DNA from: Tricharina praecox
Taxonomy: Eukaryota
Length of the DNA stretch: 37,189 nucleotides
Assembly (NCBI RefSeq): GCF_024521635.1
Contig: NW_026250446.1
Coordinates: forward strand, 124,001-161,189
Reading direction: 5' to 3'
Part shown: positions 33,503 through 37,189 of the stretch, piece after piece
Position numbering within the stretch: the first letter of the stretch is position 1
Layout of the letters: each line of letters starts with the position of its first letter
Notes under the pieces: model-generated
Told to the model about the DNA's origin: nothing
Seen by the model: the letters and a program-made list of their open reading frames with translations, nothing else
Database searches by the model: none
Made by a program: the position numbers and the translations under genes

Positions 33503-35644
33503 TGTCGGGTTCCTCGTGGGGTCTCGGGAAGGAGATGATGAAGTAGGATTTGGCAAGCCGGATGTAGGGCCCCGATTATAGCAAGTGTCGAGATGATTTG
33601 GGTTGGATCAGTTGTCGGAAGGATAGTGAATCGGTTTGGAAAAGGAGAATGATTGATGTGAAGAAGGGAAGAAGGCGGGGCTATCGTCGCGAACACGCGA
33701 GGCAGATAGTTGATGCGGAGCGGGGGTAACGAGTCAGCAAAGCACTCTGACGGATTCTGTTGGGCGAAGGCCTAGAGTACATGCATATCCGCAGGCTCGG
33801 GTGTTCCCCGAGACACCAATGGGAGATCGCCACTTGGAGTCGCCAATCATGGTTGGAAACCGAGAACACGGCTCGGAAACAACCATCGAGACAGTACATG
33901 ATACTAGTACAAGGCACCAATTGATCAGGGTCTTGGACCGTCCCAAAACGCGGGGTTCGCTTCGAGTCCGCGGACAGACTTCACGGCCATCACTGCAAAA
34001 AAAAATCAAGTTTTTCCGACTCTCGTAGGAACAGTAGATAATACCTGGGAGAGTCATGTCTTTTTCCCTGACCCTGTACTGAAAGGTTAATCGTTGAGTT
34101 ATTCACAGGATCGTGGACATTGGTGGTGAGGGGTGGGATTCCCACGCGTACCAATCGATAGTATGTACTTAAGTTACTCCGCAGCGGGTACATAGAGAAA
34201 CTACTGGTACATACTGTATAGTGAAACGGGGGGTAAAAAATATGCGTTTTTCCGTATCAGTACGGTCGAATATCGTATTTGTCAAATACAGAACAGCAGG
34301 CAATGTTCCTTACCCCACAGCCCACCGAAGATCGTTCTCACACAGGATTTTCGACAAGGAAGTAAGTTCTTCATGAAACCCATCCCGGAAGGCGGTATAG
34401 GTTGGTGGCAATCGAAAGGAACTGACGGAGCAGCGCACATAGATAGTCGCAGAAACCACTAACACTAGGTTCTCGACTCCCTCAGATATTCTTGCTTCAC
34501 CTCGTATGATTCGCACTGGGACGACAGACGGCATCGATGATTCAATAGGTACTCGATTGATGTCCTATTGGTAGCTATTGGTTGAAGCAAAAACGCAAGT
34601 GGAGTACATGAAGAAATTGATTCTCCTCTCGCGGCACAAATGATCCAACCGCAACTAGCTACGCAACGGCAAAACGGCTAGGTATATCAAGTGGTCGTGG
34701 AGACTGCCCCGTTCCCGAGAGGCCCCTGGTTCGCCCACTCCTACAACATCAGGGCGGCAGTTCCCATTATCCAATCGATGCCGCGGATAACGCATCGCCG
34801 CTACGGCAGTAACTGCCCTGCTATTGTACAGTTCGCCAGGATCCGGACCAGCGATGCGTTGTGGTACGTAGATGCGGAAACGCAGTTGTCCCCTGCGATC
34901 AGCATGTAAGATAACTGCTCTGGATCGGGCAAGGAGTCTCCCGCTCGACTCGAAGATGTAGCGCGAAGACGCTGTTCAACTTAGTTCTCTCCCGGCATCA
35001 CTTCCTCGTCATTTACGGTGTAGCCGGCGTCGGATATTCGATGACAGTCGGAACGCCGAGATGAATTCGCCAAAGGAAATGTCGGCTCGGCGAGGCGCGG
35101 TGTAGTTGTGATGGTACTGTAGACGCGTCCCTTGGGGGGGTTTCCGACTGATTTTGTGCGTAGCATCGTCGCGATGGTGCTCTGAGGCAACCAGCAGATA
35201 TGAGATCGGTGCGTTTATGCTGATGATAGCGGATAAGCTGCGCAAGCTCGATAGACAGAACGCCGAGCTAAATTCGCCGAAGGAAATGTCGGCTCGGCGA
35301 CGAGCCTGGGTATATATCGTCGCGAGTAGATGGATCGATCGCGATGGGAGGTCCGTACGGCAGTGCGTGGCATAATTGCAATGGTGCCCTAGACACGTTC
35401 CTTATGGGGTTTTCGAATGAATGCGTGCACAGCGTGGTCGTGATGGTGATGGTGCTTCTGTTACACGTGTTCCTAAAGAGGTTTTGAATATTTGTGTGTC
35501 ATCGCTGACTGTTTTGAGCCGCATCGTGCCCGCGGTCCTAGCGAGACACGTGAACCCACTTTCTCGCCAAAGGCCTCCGAGTCACAACCCACCATCGCGA
35601 AGTCCCCCACTCTCACGAAAACTGTCACCACAACACTCAGCTCA

Positions 35645-37189
35645 ATGCCGCCCAAACTCCCGAAAGCGAAACCGAAGCCCGCCGCTCGCCGCGGTGCTAC
35701 CACTGGGCAACCCACTACCCAGAATCTCCCCGCCGAGGGTTCCGCCGCGTCGCTTTCCCACGCCGCAGTCCTTCCCGAAGCTTCGGCTGCCGCCACCGAT
35801 CCAACGGAAACGAAAGAAATACCGACAACTGCACCGCCTAAGGGGCGACTGGATAGTCTCACTTCTCCATCTACTCGCGGGGGACCCTTGCGTGGTGCTG
35901 TCGGATCGAAGATTAAGTTCAAGCCGAAGGTGGTGCAGAGGAGGACGAAAGAGTTTGCTGCCCTCTTGCTTACACGTGTCTTCGACGGTCATTGGGTTGG
36001 TGATTAACATACACTTTGCAGGGAGCGAGAGACACTCGACGCGAAATTTCAGGAACAACAGGCTACCAAGTCGTCTCGCGGCGGGAGTGGCCGCGGCGGT
36101 GGTCGCGGTGGTCGTGGTGGTGGCCGAGGAGGACGGGGACGCGGTGGGGGAGGCCTTGGCTTCTCGGATGTTTTACCTGGCGCCAGTGGTCCGTTTGCGC
36201 TCGGTAGTGTGGTCACCGGGCGGAGGGATAAGGTGTTTGCAGAGCGGAGCGGGACGGGGATCTTTGGAGGCTCTGGCAGCAGTCGCGCGATGCGGTACAA
36301 ATCGAACGTCAAGCGCGATCCTCGGGACGGTGACGATAAAGGTGGATACTCGAGTTCGGATGACTCGGACGGACCGAAGATGGACGTCGAGTATATCTCG
36401 CTTCTGGATGCGGCGAGCGACGATGACGAGATGGATGGAGAGGAAAGGGACATGACGAATGACTGGGGTGCCGGTGCGCCTGTACGGATTCCTCGGAGCG
36501 AACACGTCGATCGTCAGGCGATGGTGAATACGGATTCGAGCGCGAAGAAGGGCAAGGCGGAACTGAAGGCGATGAAAGATAAGGAGATGACTTTCGAGAC
36601 TGAAATCAAAATCAAAGCCGAGCCGGAAGACGATGACCTGGGGATGCTCCCTCCCAGTTCGCCGGAGATGACGAAACGCAAGGTGAAGGTTTCGGACTCG
36701 CCGGAGGTCAAACGGAAGAAGGAGCCTACATCGCCGGTGAGGCGGAGGAGAAGGTCGAGTGTCCTGGGTAAGAAGCCCATCATCTCGACGACAGAAGAAA
36801 AGGAGGAGTACGAGCGGTTGGAGACGGATCGGAACGATGCTCTCCTCGAGCTTGGTGGAGCTATGAATGGGCTTGGTCTGGATACGGGCAAAGCCAGGGA
36901 CCCCGACAACGATGTGGAAATGTTTTCGGTATGTCTAACAATCGTTTGCTTTGCTTCTACTGTACTAACATCGAATAGCCCACTGCCGCCCCACAACCAA
37001 CTGCCAATGCTGAAACCGAAAATCAGATCTTCTGTTTTCAATTCCCTCCTCTCCTCCCGCGTCTCGTTGACTTCAATTTGGAAGAAAAGAAACCTCAATC
37101 CAAAGAAGCCGAAGAAGACGACACCAAGCCGGATGTCAAAATTCAACCCGGCTCCTTCGCCGCCCGCAAACTCGCTGCACAGAATAAAG
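35645..37189 (+). CDS. RPC53: RNA polymerase III subunit RPC4 (C53), 3'-partial; introns 35953-36021 and 36929-36978
   Basis: Spliced translation gives RLDSL...KIKFKPKVVQRRTKEERE, an RGG tract, ASGPFALG, PVRIPRSEH..R...VNTD and IFCFQFPPLLP, the motif order seen in fungal RPC4/Rpc53. Runs off the window end. Confidence 0.82.

Larger units (their letters stand above)
28131..34086. mobile_element. Putative piggyBac-like termini enclosing the NLR gene
   Basis: Left CTAA|CCCCTCTCAGTGCAGGGT and right (reverse complement) TTAA|CCTTTCAGTACAGGGT. A second internal inverted match at 28182-28200 and 34030-34048. No transposase inside. Confidence 0.4.

Noticed and set aside
35421..36455. 344-aa plus-strand ORF and the 210-aa minus ORF at 36514-37146
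   Set aside because: Alternative-frame and antisense shadows of the spliced RPC4 gene.
35645..37189. Functional link between the Pol III subunit gene and the nearby tRNA cluster
   Set aside because: They are ~9 kb apart and nothing in the sequence indicates co-regulation. Treated as coincidence.

Overview
Eukaryotic, almost certainly filamentous-ascomycete genomic DNA (short GT-AG introns with CTAAC/CTGAC branch points; Pezizomycetes-like, by inference). The window is a transposon-rich accessory region ending in a core gene. 1-15 kb: nested Ty1/Copia remnants (one bounded by a GTTAC target-site duplication and containing an opposite-strand Copia and a 1.1-kb solo LTR), Mutator and other TIR-element remnants, and two paralogous 63-codon RING-finger micro-ORFs. 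15-27 kb: four identical tRNA-Ala(AGC) genes plus a 5' fragment, four PIF/Harbinger (Tourist-like) MITEs, a P-loop ATPase pseudogene, an orphan disordered protein gene and Tad1-type LINE 3' ends. 27-34 kb: a non-autonomous hAT element and an apparently intact ~1430-aa NACHT-WD40 NLR (HET-E/NWD-like) with 16 WD repeats, hypervariable residues and only a ~55-aa N-terminus. The NLR lies between imperfect inverted termini flanked by CTAA/TTAA, which suggests capture by a piggyBac-like element. The window ends in the 5' part of the RNA polymerase III subunit RPC4 (C53) gene. All family calls come from motif recognition by eye; no database searches were run.
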